Source: an uncultured Methanobrevibacter sp. (GTDB lineage Archaea; Methanobacteriota; Methanobacteria; Methanobacteriales; Methanobacteriaceae). From it: DNA of 24,000 nucleotides. Every line of letters starts with the position of its first letter. Within the stretch, counting starts at the first letter, position 1. A program made the translations under genes and the position numbers. Location of the stretch: NCBI RefSeq assembly GCF_937881195.1, contig NZ_CALGFC010000072.1, positions 23,054-47,053 of the forward strand. The letters are read 5' to 3'. Below the pieces are notes generated by a model. The model was not told where the DNA came from and did not search any database. It saw only the letters and a program-made list of their open reading frames with translations. This document shows positions 1-9,056 of the stretch, in pieces.

Positions 1-126
1 ACAAAACAAATAATAAAAAGAGGTTTAAGAACTATTAAGAAGAATGAAAAGTAGAAAAATATGAAAAAAATTCAAATATATTATAAAATATGAGTTAATA
101 AAAAATAAAATATTCAAATTATATTA

Positions 127-158
127 AATAATAATAATAATAATAATAGTAATAATAG
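127..158. repeat. (AAT)n microsatellite
   Basis: Seven perfect AAT units (127-147) followed by AGT AAT AAT AG. Confidence 0.8.
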
Positions 159-339
159 ATTTACATCTCTAATTGAAGAATTATATCTCTAATTTTAATT
201 TTTTATTTTAATTTTTAATTAAATAATATTTTCTTTTATAATATAATAATTAATTTCTTTTAAATATTCTATTTATCAATAATATTATAATTTATTTAAT
301 AATCAAATAATATTATTATTTTTATTATAAAATACATAA

Positions 340-996
340 TTATTTCTCAGACCAACCATATTTACCAATCATTGGAACAAAAACAACTTCTCCTAATGAT
401 TTTTCTATAAATTTATTTTCAGATTCTTTAAAGATACAAATAAGGTCTTGAAAATCAGACTTATCTCCAATGGGGATTAATAATCTACCCCCAACTTTAA
501 GTTGTTTCTTTAAGGATTCAGGAACATATGGATTTCCCGCAGTTCCATAAATCCTATCATAAGGCCCTCCTTTTTCATAACCTAAAGTACCATCTCCAAT
601 AATTACATCAACACTCTTTTCATATCCATTTCTTTTAAGATTATTAATTGCAGTTTTAGCAAGAGATTCTATTCGTTCTATACTATAAACATGCCCCTTT
701 TTATTCATAACTTCAGAAATAACAGCTGCATTATATCCAAATCCAGTTCCAATTTCCAAAATATTCATTCCATCCTTAATTTCCAATTTTTCACAAATAA
801 ATGCTACCATATGAGGTGCTGAAATGGTTTGACCTTTAGATAAAGGTAATGGCCGATCCAAATAAGCATATTTTTTCATGTTTTTTGGGATAAATTCTTC
901 TCTTTCAACTGTCTCCATAGCTTTTTTAACTTTTTCTGATTGTATATAGCCATTTTTTAAAAGATTTTCAATCAAAATCTTTTTTTCATCTATCAT
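340..996 (-). CDS. pcm: Protein-L-isoaspartate O-methyltransferase
   Basis: 218 aa. Has the PIMT-type motifs 'GQTISAPHMVA' and the glycine-rich SAM-binding motif 'ILEIGTGFGYNAAV', then 'GGRLLIPIG'. Length is typical of archaeal Pcm. An AGGAT Shine-Dalgarno-like motif lies upstream on the minus strand. Confidence 0.9.
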   Translation of the reverse strand: MIDEKKILIENLLKNGYIQSEKVKKAMETVEREEFIPKNMKKYAYLDRPLPLSKGQTISAPHMVAFICEKLEIKDGMNILEIGTGFGYNAAVISEVMNKKGHVYSIERIESLAKTAINNLKRNGYEKSVDVIIGDGTLGYEKGGPYDRIYGTAGNPYVPESLKKQLKVGGRLLIPIGDKSDFQDLICIFKESENKFIEKSLGEVVFVPMIGKYGWSEK

Positions 997-1107
997 TGTT
1001 TCATATCCTTTTATTAGCTAAATTATATATTATTTAATGGATTAATTTATTATTTAATAAATTAAGAGGATTTTTTATAGAATAACTCCTATAAAAATAA
1101 TCCTATA

Positions 1108-1147
1108 TTAATACCATAATTAAAAAGTTAATACCCTAATTAAAAAT
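1108..1147. repeat. 20-bp tandem duplication upstream of pcm
   Basis: TTAATACCATAATTAAAAAG / TTAATACCCTAATTAAAAAT, two adjacent copies. Confidence 0.7.
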
Positions 1148-1177
1148 TATAAAAATAATCAGTCATTAATTTACTAA

Positions 1178-3256
1178 TCAAACATTATAATTTTCTGAAA
1201 AAATTTTTATTTTTTCAGCTAACTTTGGACCTATACCTTCTACTTTTTGAAATTGTTTTTCAGAATAAGGCCTTAAGTCTTCGCCAAAAGTATTTACTAA
1301 TGCCCTAGCTCTTTTTCTTCCAAGACGTTTAACTCCAATAACAAGAGAAATTAATTCTTCTTTTACACCATAATAAAGTCTTGCAGAGATATAATCTAAA
1401 TCCTTAGAATGATTATATTTTCCTATAGCTTCAAAAATATTTTTAAGGAATTTAACAAGAAGTGAAGCTTCATAAGCAGAACGGCGTGTAGATGCCGAAT
1501 AAACATTGTAAGCATTCTCAATTTCATACTCATTTCTTTCATTAATCCATTCAATTAGAGCAACAGTTGTAGCTTCAGGATTTCCAATATTGACTGCAAA
1601 TAATCCCTTTTCAGCCATCATTTCTCTTACAGGTTCTTTACTTTTTCTACTTTTAAAAGAAATCAATGGCAAATCAGGAGTAGAAGAAAGATGATAAATG
1701 AGTTGATTTAAATCGATTTCTTCAACTTGTAATGCATATTCTTTCAGTTTAACAGCAGTTTCAACAGCATAGTTTGATTTAGCTATTATATTTCCAAAAG
1801 GAGTAGCATTTAATCCACTAGGAGTAGCTTGTATAATCCCATTTTTGAGTAAGAATTCTAATGCAGACTCTATTTCAAATTTTAATGATTCATCAGCAAA
1901 AAGAGCCATTGAATCATTATTATTCATTTGATAACCATAAAATGTCATTTTGAAAAAATCCTGTATTTCTTCAGGAGTTTTTGATAAATTTGAAGCAATT
2001 TGAGCTATAATTTGTTTATATATAGCATCCTTATTTTCAATTAGTTTAGAATTAGTAGTTTCAACATCCCCATTAACATACCTTTCTTGTAAATCATATG
2101 CCTCATCTAATGATTTAGCTATTAAATATGAAAATCCTTCATCATCATATTGAGGCCTTCCAGCTCTTCCAGACATTTGTTCATAGTCAAAAACAGGAAT
2201 AGCTTGCGGTCCTTGAGAAGTCCATCGAGTATAGTCCCTTATAATTACAGACCTTGAAGGCAAATTTACACCATACATTAAACTAGGAGTAGCTGCAATC
2301 ATCAGGAGATTACCTGCCCTGAATTCTTCTTCTATAATCTCTTTTTGTTCATTGAAAAGACCTGCGTGATGGAAAGCAGCCCCATTTTCAGCAGATTCAG
2401 CTAATTTAAGACAAGTGGATGTTGGTCTTGATCCTTTCTTTTTTGGAACCTCCAAAATAGATTCCGCCACTTCTTTAAATCTCTTCTTTTGATCTTTTGT
2501 TATTTTCCTTTTTATTTTACCTGAAACATAATTTGCTAAGCTTTCTGTAAATAATCTAGTTGAAACAAAACTCAAAGCTTGAGAATTATCTTCAATTGCC
2601 TTTTCGACAATTTTAACAACTACCTCATTTTTATTACTCGTATTAAACATTTCAGTATTTAAGACTTCTTTTTTCAAGGGTACTGGTCGATAGTCATGTT
2701 CAACTATTTTAGCATCTAACCATCCTTCAATTTCCCCCATATTTTGTAATGTGGCAGATAATGCAACAATTCTAAGATTTGGATTAATTATTCTAGCCCT
2801 TGTAATCGCACATTCTAGAGTTGGTCCTCTAGAATACTCACCAATCATATGAAACTCATCAAGAATTAAAGTATCTACATCCCGAAGTGTATCCCATGAA
2901 AAACGAGTCAATGCATCGAAAGATTCAAAAACCATTATAGATAAATCAGAAGCTCCTGGATGTTTTCCTACTTTTATTCCATGATCTTCAAATTTTTTAA
3001 ATTCTTTAACTTTTTCATTTTGAATTGAAATTAAGGGTGCAGCATAAACAGCTTTACCACCATTGAGTATAGATTTTAATGCTGCCATTACTCCTAAAAC
3101 AGTTTTCCCACTAGCTGTGGGAATAGCTATCACATAGTTCTCTTTATTTTCCAAATATCCAGAGTCAATAACATGTTTTTGAGCTGGGTTAAATTCTTTA
3201 ATATAAGGATAACACTCATTGATGATTTTTTTAATTTCTTTAGGTAAAGTTTCCAT
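1178..3256 (-). CDS. Ski2/Hel308-type superfamily 2 ATP-dependent helicase
   Basis: 692 aa. Walker A 'AIPTASGKT', Walker B 'LILDEFH', motif III 'SATL', 'HHAGL', motif VI 'QMSGRAGRP', and a C-terminal helix-hairpin-helix-like 'VEGIGPKLAEKI'. Size and architecture match archaeal Hel308. Confidence 0.85.
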   Translation of the reverse strand: METLPKEIKKIINECYPYIKEFNPAQKHVIDSGYLENKENYVIAIPTASGKTVLGVMAALKSILNGGKAVYAAPLISIQNEKVKEFKKFEDHGIKVGKHPGASDLSIMVFESFDALTRFSWDTLRDVDTLILDEFHMIGEYSRGPTLECAITRARIINPNLRIVALSATLQNMGEIEGWLDAKIVEHDYRPVPLKKEVLNTEMFNTSNKNEVVVKIVEKAIEDNSQALSFVSTRLFTESLANYVSGKIKRKITKDQKKRFKEVAESILEVPKKKGSRPTSTCLKLAESAENGAAFHHAGLFNEQKEIIEEEFRAGNLLMIAATPSLMYGVNLPSRSVIIRDYTRWTSQGPQAIPVFDYEQMSGRAGRPQYDDEGFSYLIAKSLDEAYDLQERYVNGDVETTNSKLIENKDAIYKQIIAQIASNLSKTPEEIQDFFKMTFYGYQMNNNDSMALFADESLKFEIESALEFLLKNGIIQATPSGLNATPFGNIIAKSNYAVETAVKLKEYALQVEEIDLNQLIYHLSSTPDLPLISFKSRKSKEPVREMMAEKGLFAVNIGNPEATTVALIEWINERNEYEIENAYNVYSASTRRSAYEASLLVKFLKNIFEAIGKYNHSKDLDYISARLYYGVKEELISLVIGVKRLGRKRARALVNTFGEDLRPYSEKQFQKVEGIGPKLAEKIKIFSENYNV

Positions 3257-3388
3257 ATTAATCCATCTTTATATAAAATAAAATTTAAATATATTCGATT
3301 GAAGAATTTTACAATTAAATAATTCATTAAACAAAGTTTCAATATAGTTAATTAGATAAATTATTTATATATTCAACTATTTTTAATA

Positions 3389-3859
3389 TTATATTTTTTC
3401 TTTTTTTATCACATAAATGTCAGTGATTGCAGTATTTGGATATTGGCCATTTTTATCTTTTTCAACAGCTTTAACCATATCCCATATAGTTAAAAGACCA
3501 ATACTAACTCCAGTAATTGCTTCCATTTCAACACCAGTCTGACCAAGAGAATTTACACATACAATACATATAATTTCATCATTATTAACTTCAAAATCCA
3601 CTTCTATACCAGTGATATTTAGAGGATGACAAAGAGGAATCATTGAAGCAGTATTTTTAACACCTTGTATAGCAGCTATTTGAGCAGTAGTTAATACATT
3701 ACCCTTTTTAATTTCCTCATTTTCAATCATAGCTATTGTATTTCTTTGAAGTTTTATTTTCCCAGTAGCTATTGCTTTTCTTATTTGGTGGTCTTTTTCA
3801 CCAACCTCTACCATATGAACTCCATTTTCAGTTAAATGTGTAAATTCTTCATTTGACAT
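3389..3859 (-). CDS. moaC: Cyclic pyranopterin monophosphate synthase MoaC (molybdopterin biosynthesis)
   Basis: 156 aa. N-terminal 'FTHLTENGVHMVEVGEK' followed by 'NVLTTAQIAAIQGVKNTASMIPLCHPL' and 'GVEMEAITGVSIGLLTIWDM', which are characteristic MoaC blocks. Confidence 0.9.
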   Translation of the reverse strand: MSNEEFTHLTENGVHMVEVGEKDHQIRKAIATGKIKLQRNTIAMIENEEIKKGNVLTTAQIAAIQGVKNTASMIPLCHPLNITGIEVDFEVNNDEIICIVCVNSLGQTGVEMEAITGVSIGLLTIWDMVKAVEKDKNGQYPNTAITDIYVIKKEKI

Positions 3860-3960
3860 TTTATTAACTCCTACAAATATAATCTAGTATCTAATCCTTA
3901 ATATTATATGAATTAGATTATAATCTTAAATAATTAATTATTTCAACATTAAAAATTTTA

Positions 3961-4103
3961 TGTTAAATCTAAATATTGTTAAATTAAATCTAAATAATTT
4001 TAAACTAAATCTAAACATTGTTAAATTAAATCTAAATAATTTTAAACTAAATCTAAATATTGTTAAATTAAATCTAAATATTATTAAATCTAAATATTAT
4101 TAA
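3961..4103. repeat. 21-bp phased tandem array (42-bp higher-order unit), about 7 copies
   Basis: The core AAATCTAAA starts at 3965, 3986, 4007, 4028, 4049, 4070 and 4086. The 42-bp units 3986-4027 and 4028-4069 differ at one base. Confidence 0.85.
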
Positions 4104-4187
4104 AATAATTATCTTAAATTTAACTATTATTAAATTGATTGTTTTTAATGAAATCATTTTTTAATATAATTAAATTCCATCAATTTA

Positions 4188-5300
4188 TTATTTATAATAT
4201 GGAATATCAACTTCCGAAAAATCAATAGCCCTATTTCTTGCATTAGATTGAAATTTTTCCCTTAGTTCAGTATTAGATAATATTGAATCAATTGCATTAG
4301 CTAAACCTTTAGAATCAGTAGGTTCAACAAGCAAACCTACATCTTTAGTTATAATTTCTTTTATTCCTCCAACATTACTCCCAATCACAGGTTTGCCACA
4401 TGCTAAAGCTTCAATTAAAACTAAACCAAAACTTTCTGAATAAGAAGGGAGTATTAAAAGACTTGAGCTTTGAATAACATTAGCTATATCACTTCTAGCA
4501 CCAGTAAATATAACATCATCAATTTTCTCTAAATCAACTTTTTCTTTTAAACTGCTTAAAAGAGGACCATCACCAACCACAACTAATACACAATCAGAAT
4601 CCAATTGTTTTTTTGCATCTATAATAGTTGCTACATTTTTTCTTTTAATAACATTACCTACAAAAAGAATAATTGGTTTTTTTTCAGGAATATTAAGTTC
4701 ATTTTTAAAATTATATCTTGAATCATCATCAGCTATCTTAAATTCATTTATATTAACAGTATTCCAATTTAAATGAACTTTTTTATCAATATTTGGAATT
4801 CCAGTTTTTAAAATTTCCTCTTTTAATGATTCACTAACTGCTAAAACTACATCCGCTCTTTTTAGAACAAATTTTATGACAGGCCTCATAAATTTGTGTT
4901 TAGGATATAAACAAAACATATCGGAACCATGAGATGTTACATACACTTTCTTTTTAGTGAATAAACCTCCTAAAACAGCTATCAAACCTGCAGGATAAAG
5001 ATAATGTCCATGGATAATATCAATATCATACTTACGGACAATTTTAATTAAATTGAAAGTACCAAATAGGACATAAAACAGACTTCTAAGGCCAGGAATA
5101 TTAATTCCTCTTGTTCCAATAACTTTAATACCATTATTATCCATATAATCCTTATTAAGTTCATTTTGAATCTTTTTATGAGGATATGTGATTACAAAGA
5201 CTTCTTCTCCATTTTTAAGAAGTTCTTTTGATAAACTGTTAATATGTACTCCAACACCTCCAATATGAGGTGGAAATTGACCAATCATTGCTATTTTCAT
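4188..5300 (-). CDS. Glycosyltransferase, GT4 family (GT-B fold); acceptor unknown
   Basis: 370 aa. N-terminal 'MKIAMIGQFPPHIGGVGVH' and C-terminal 'PSYSESFGLVLIEALACGKPVIGSNVGGIKEII' (E-x7-E type GT4 signature). Confidence 0.8.
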   Translation of the reverse strand: MKIAMIGQFPPHIGGVGVHINSLSKELLKNGEEVFVITYPHKKIQNELNKDYMDNNGIKVIGTRGINIPGLRSLFYVLFGTFNLIKIVRKYDIDIIHGHYLYPAGLIAVLGGLFTKKKVYVTSHGSDMFCLYPKHKFMRPVIKFVLKRADVVLAVSESLKEEILKTGIPNIDKKVHLNWNTVNINEFKIADDDSRYNFKNELNIPEKKPIILFVGNVIKRKNVATIIDAKKQLDSDCVLVVVGDGPLLSSLKEKVDLEKIDDVIFTGARSDIANVIQSSSLLILPSYSESFGLVLIEALACGKPVIGSNVGGIKEIITKDVGLLVEPTDSKGLANAIDSILSNTELREKFQSNARNRAIDFSEVDIPYYK

Positions 5301-5435
5301 TCTTAATCCTCAATAAAAAATTTTATTTTAATTTTAAAAATATTTTACAAATATTTTATTTTATAATATCATTAACATAAATAATAATAGTTTTCGCTAG
5401 TTTTTGAAAAGTAATTTATAGTAAAAAGCAATTTA

Positions 5436-5608
5436 ATAATATTATAATATTTATTATTTTGTAAATTAATTAAAGTATAATATTTATTATATTATAAATT
5501 GATTAAATTATAATATTTATTATTTTATAGATTAATTAAAGTATAATATTTATTATTTTATAAATTGATTAAAGTATAATAGTTATTATCTTACAATAGT
5601 TTGTTATC
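5436..5608. repeat. 33-bp tandem array, about 5 copies
   Basis: The core TATAATATTTATTAT starts at 5443, 5476, 5509, 5542 and 5575 (the last is degenerate, TATAATAGTTATTAT). Spacing is exactly 33 bp. Confidence 0.85.
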
Positions 5609-5642
5609 TAATAATATTTGTTAATTAAATAGTAATTAAATA

Positions 5643-6881
5643 TTAAATATTTGAATTTAGTAAATTTCCTTCCATATCTACCAATATCACTTTAACATCT
5701 ATATCAAAATTTTCCAAACATCTTTTTTTAATAGCTAAACTAATATTATTTAGAACCTCAACATCAATGTCTTCATTTTTAAGTATATCAATCATTTCTT
5801 CAGTTGTTTTTGAATTAAATATTAGTCTAATTGTATCTTTTTTTGCACCAATTAATCCTGCATGAGCAGCCATTATTTCACATCGACAGTCAGCAATAGA
5901 ATGTTTAGTATTGAATATACCTCCAGCTATTTTAATCAGTTTGCCAATATGACCAAAAAGAATGAAATTGTCAATTCCCCTTTTTTTAGACTCTTTAAAC
6001 ATGAAACCAGGAAAATTTCCCATTTGAATAATCTGATCCTTTTTAATACCTTTATCATATATTTCTTTATATTCCCCATATTTATTAATATGCTCTTTAA
6101 TACTTTCTTTATTATTTTTTTCAAAATTTTCGTTACTATTATTAATATTAAGACTATTTAAAGCAATTTTCTCCCCAATGTTTCCTGGAACAAAAATAAG
6201 ACTATTTTTAGAATAAATTCCTTTAGAAATCATAGCACTAGCTATATCCAGTTGACATAGGAGAGAATCTTTATAAGCTTTATTAGACATGGCTCGAGCT
6301 ATTCCAGTAGTTCCAAGAATAGATATACCCCCAACAATCCCTAACTTAGGATTCATTGTTTTTTTAGCTATTTTTTCGCCTTCAGGGGCTGAAATTATTA
6401 TTTTAGCTATTTTATCTTTGGGAACTAAAGGTTTAAGGTTTTCCTTAATCATCTTTAATGGAACAGGATTTATAGCTGAATTTCCTTTAGAAATTTGAAG
6501 ACCAGGCTTAGTAACAGTTCCTATACCAATACCTCCTTCAATGATAATATTTTCATTAGAATCAAAATTTTCATTGGAAAAATTAGCTAAATCTAAAAGT
6601 TCAACAGAAGAAGTAATTTCTAAATTAACAGTAACATCAGGATCATTATAAGGATATTTTATAGCAATTGATTTCGCTTTGTTTTTAGCTAAAAGTTCTG
6701 AATTTTCAATATCAACATCAAACTCATCAAAAGGAGTGGTTATTTTAACAGAACAAATATCCATTTCAGGATTTATAATTTTTTTAAGAGAGGCTAAAGA
6801 TGTGGCTGTAGCTAAACTTCCAGTTGTTAAACCATAATCAACATTTGATTCATTAGTTTGATAATTATTCATAATCAACAT
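5643..6881 (-). CDS. cbiD: Cobalt-precorrin-5B (C1)-methyltransferase CbiD, with an internal low-complexity insertion
   Basis: 412 aa. Has 'YGLTTGSLATATSLAS' near the N-terminus, 'GIVGGISILGTTGIARAMS' and 'FGHIGKLIKIAGGIFNTKHSIADCRCE', which are typical CbiD blocks. An Asn/Lys-rich segment of about 35 aa (NINNSNENFEKNNKESIKEHINKYGEYKEIYDKGIKKD) interrupts the usual layout. Met4 is an alternative start. Confidence 0.8.
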   Translation of the reverse strand: MLIMNNYQTNESNVDYGLTTGSLATATSLASLKKIINPEMDICSVKITTPFDEFDVDIENSELLAKNKAKSIAIKYPYNDPDVTVNLEITSSVELLDLANFSNENFDSNENIIIEGGIGIGTVTKPGLQISKGNSAINPVPLKMIKENLKPLVPKDKIAKIIISAPEGEKIAKKTMNPKLGIVGGISILGTTGIARAMSNKAYKDSLLCQLDIASAMISKGIYSKNSLIFVPGNIGEKIALNSLNINNSNENFEKNNKESIKEHINKYGEYKEIYDKGIKKDQIIQMGNFPGFMFKESKKRGIDNFILFGHIGKLIKIAGGIFNTKHSIADCRCEIMAAHAGLIGAKKDTIRLIFNSKTTEEMIDILKNEDIDVEVLNNISLAIKKRCLENFDIDVKVILVDMEGNLLNSNI

Positions 6882-7409
6882 CTACTATTTTAATTTTTTT
6901 AATATTATTTATTTTTAAGTTTAAGCTAATTAAACTATTATTATAATTAATATATAATATTATATAGTGGTTAAAATTAATTTTAAAATATTAATTTAAT
7001 AATATAAAAATATAGATTATATAAATTATAATATAAATTGAAAAATAGTCTACTTTAATAATATAAAATATAATAATAAAATTTTTAATTATTTTTTAAT
7101 TATGATTTTAATTATGCCTTATATTATTTTCCTATACTTAATTTCTATTTATATATGATTATATTAATTAATAATATTATTTAAAATAATTGAAATTATT
7201 AATTTAATTAAAAATAGTCGTTAAAACATTATTTTATCTATAAAAATATAGTTTAGTTAAAAGTAAAACATGATGAAGAGTATAAAGATAAATAGTACTA
7301 TAAAAGAATAAAAAATAGATATTAATCATTAATAACTTAAAAAAAAGAAAATATTAAAAAATATTTAAAATAATAAAAAAAAAGAGAAAAATAAGTAATT
7401 ATAAAACTA

Positions 7410-7652
7410 TTATTTTAATTTAGCCATTAATTCATTTTTACTTGGTGCTCCTACAAATTCAACAACACCATTAATAGCTATAGCTGGAACTGCCATTATA
7501 CCATAATCAACAGCTCTTTGTCTATCAGTCATTATATTAATAACTTCTACTTCCATTTCATCTCCAATTTCTTTTTTTGCTTCATCTACAACTTGTTCAG
7601 CCATTGGACAATAAGGACAACTTGGGGATGTGAATACTTCTACTTTTAACAT
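7410..7652 (-). CDS. Small thioredoxin/glutaredoxin-like redox protein (CPYC active site)
   Basis: 80 aa. 'VEVFTSPSCPYCPMAEQVV' active-site motif and a cis-Pro region 'MAVPAIAING', the pattern of the small Methanobacteriales thioredoxins. Strong SD AGGAGGAT lies 4-5 nt upstream of the ATG on the minus strand. Confidence 0.85.
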   Translation of the reverse strand: MLKVEVFTSPSCPYCPMAEQVVDEAKKEIGDEMEVEVINIMTDRQRAVDYGIMAVPAIAINGVVEFVGAPSKNELMAKLK

Positions 7653-8153
7653 TTTAAAATCCTCCTATTGTTCTGAATACTCAACTAAAATTAGGAATAA
7701 ATTAGCATTAATATTTTAAAAATATATTTAAAATGATACTAATTTTAAATCAACTAATCTTAATATAATACCCATTAACAATATAACTCATTAATAATCC
7801 ATAATAGACATCTAAATATATAAATTTAAATTTATCATTAAACAATTAATATCAACAATTATCTTAACTTAGGACTGTTCATATTAACAATATAAATATG
7901 TCTTTATTAATATTTAAAATTTTTGATATTTAACTTCCATTGCCAAAAAATTTTTAAAATGAATAAATCGATGAAAATCGATACCTTATGAAATAAAAAA
8001 TATTTAGTAATTAAAAAAATAAAAATTAACAATTAAAAACTAATCAAGAAGAAAATAAACTATTATAACATATAAATAATAAAAAAGAGAGGACAAATAT
8101 TAAAATAAACAAAATTTGTAATTAAAATAATTAATATTTTTTGTTAGTTATAA

Positions 8154-8657
8154 TCATTCTTTAGGTTGATCAAAGTTTCCCATAGCAATAGCTATTCCAT
8201 CAATTACTAAACTGATTCCTAAAATTATAGATACATATATTGGGCTTAGTAATGCGAAATATCCTAAGATAATAGTAATTATACCTAAAATAGCCATTAA
8301 AGCAGCGGAAGCTTTTGTCATCATTATGCTTCTTGTTAATAAACCAATGAACCCAGCTAATAATAACATTATACCTACTATGTATAAGTATAAGCCTATT
8401 AAAAGATCGAATAATAATATATCTCCTAAAAGAATTATTCCTGCAATAATACCAAAAATACCCAAAATGATATGGGCAATTGAACTTCCTTTACTTATAG
8501 ACCATACATTTGATCCAAGAATGATATAATAAATACCTAAGATTAAAATCCCGATTCCAGCTATAATAGATAAAACAAACTGACTCATGAATGGGAAAAT
8601 CATTATAATAAGACCCAAAATAATCGCTAAGATTCCTACAATATTTTTATTCTCCAT
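8154..8657 (-). CDS. DUF308/HdeD-like integral membrane protein (paralog 1)
   Basis: 167 aa, almost entirely hydrophobic, with about 6 predicted TM helices. Repeated 'GILAIILGLIIMIFP'-type segments are characteristic of the HdeD/DUF308 family. Confidence 0.7.
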   Translation of the reverse strand: MENKNIVGILAIILGLIIMIFPFMSQFVLSIIAGIGILILGIYYIILGSNVWSISKGSSIAHIILGIFGIIAGIILLGDILLFDLLIGLYLYIVGIMLLLAGFIGLLTRSIMMTKASAALMAILGIITIILGYFALLSPIYVSIILGISLVIDGIAIAMGNFDQPKE

Positions 8658-8907
8658 ATAAACACCTTCATTAATATAATCAATATTTATAAAATATATT
8701 TATATATTAATCCCCTCTATTAAACAAATAATATATATAATTTTATATTTATCCTTCTTAATAAATGTTTCCATTAAAAAATGTCCCTAAAGAAAAAATA
8801 AATCAAAAAAACCATGAATGATAAACAACAAATGTTATTATAAACATGAAAATAAGAAAAATGAAAAATAAAATATTAAATCCTACAATAAAAAATAAAA
8901 CCACACC

Positions 8908-8990
8908 AAAAAAAATATTAAAAAATATTAAAAAATATTAAATAAAAAATATTAAAAAATATTAAAAAATATTAAATAAAAAATATTAAA
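8908..8990. repeat. Decamer A-tract array (AAAAATATTA)x7 with a 33-bp super-period
   Basis: Three perfect decamers plus AAT (8911-8943), the same again (8944-8976), then a seventh decamer. Confidence 0.9.
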
Positions 8991-9056
8991 AATAATAAAA
9001 TATTTTATAAAAATAAAATATTAAATATAATATAAAAAATTGAAGGATTATAATTT

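Noticed and set aside
3130-3342. 70-aa ORF overlapping the 5' end of the helicase gene
   Set aside because: It lies in a different frame of the same strand, over the helicase N-terminal coding region. The product is low-complexity, Leu/Lys/Ile-rich, typical of off-frame reading of AT-rich coding DNA. No SD.
3961-5608. Whether the 21-bp and 33-bp arrays could be CRISPR arrays
   Set aside because: The units are directly contiguous with no unique spacers between them, are almost pure A/T, and have no cas genes or leader nearby. They are plain tandem repeats.
5862-6498. Three ORFs (5862-6161 +, 5936-6124 -, 6289-6498 +) inside cbiD
   Set aside because: All are nested within or antisense to a well-supported CbiD frame. 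Their products are Phe/Ile/Asn-rich nonsense with no motifs.
7268-7330. A C/D-box sRNA suggested by an ATGATGA (C-box-like) motif in the cbiD-thioredoxin spacer
   Set aside because: There is no CTGA D box within the expected 40-70 nt and no terminal pairing, so this is probably a chance match.
7967-7982. Two ATCGAT palindromes 10 bp apart (AAATCGATGAAAATCGATA), a rare G/C-containing motif in the spacer upstream of the thioredoxin gene
   Set aside because: It is only two short hexamers about 315 bp from the nearest start codon, with no further copies in the window. That is too little evidence to call an operator.
8326-8529. 67-aa antisense ORF inside the first DUF308 gene
   Set aside because: This is an antisense shadow of a hydrophobic membrane-protein gene, with no independent support.
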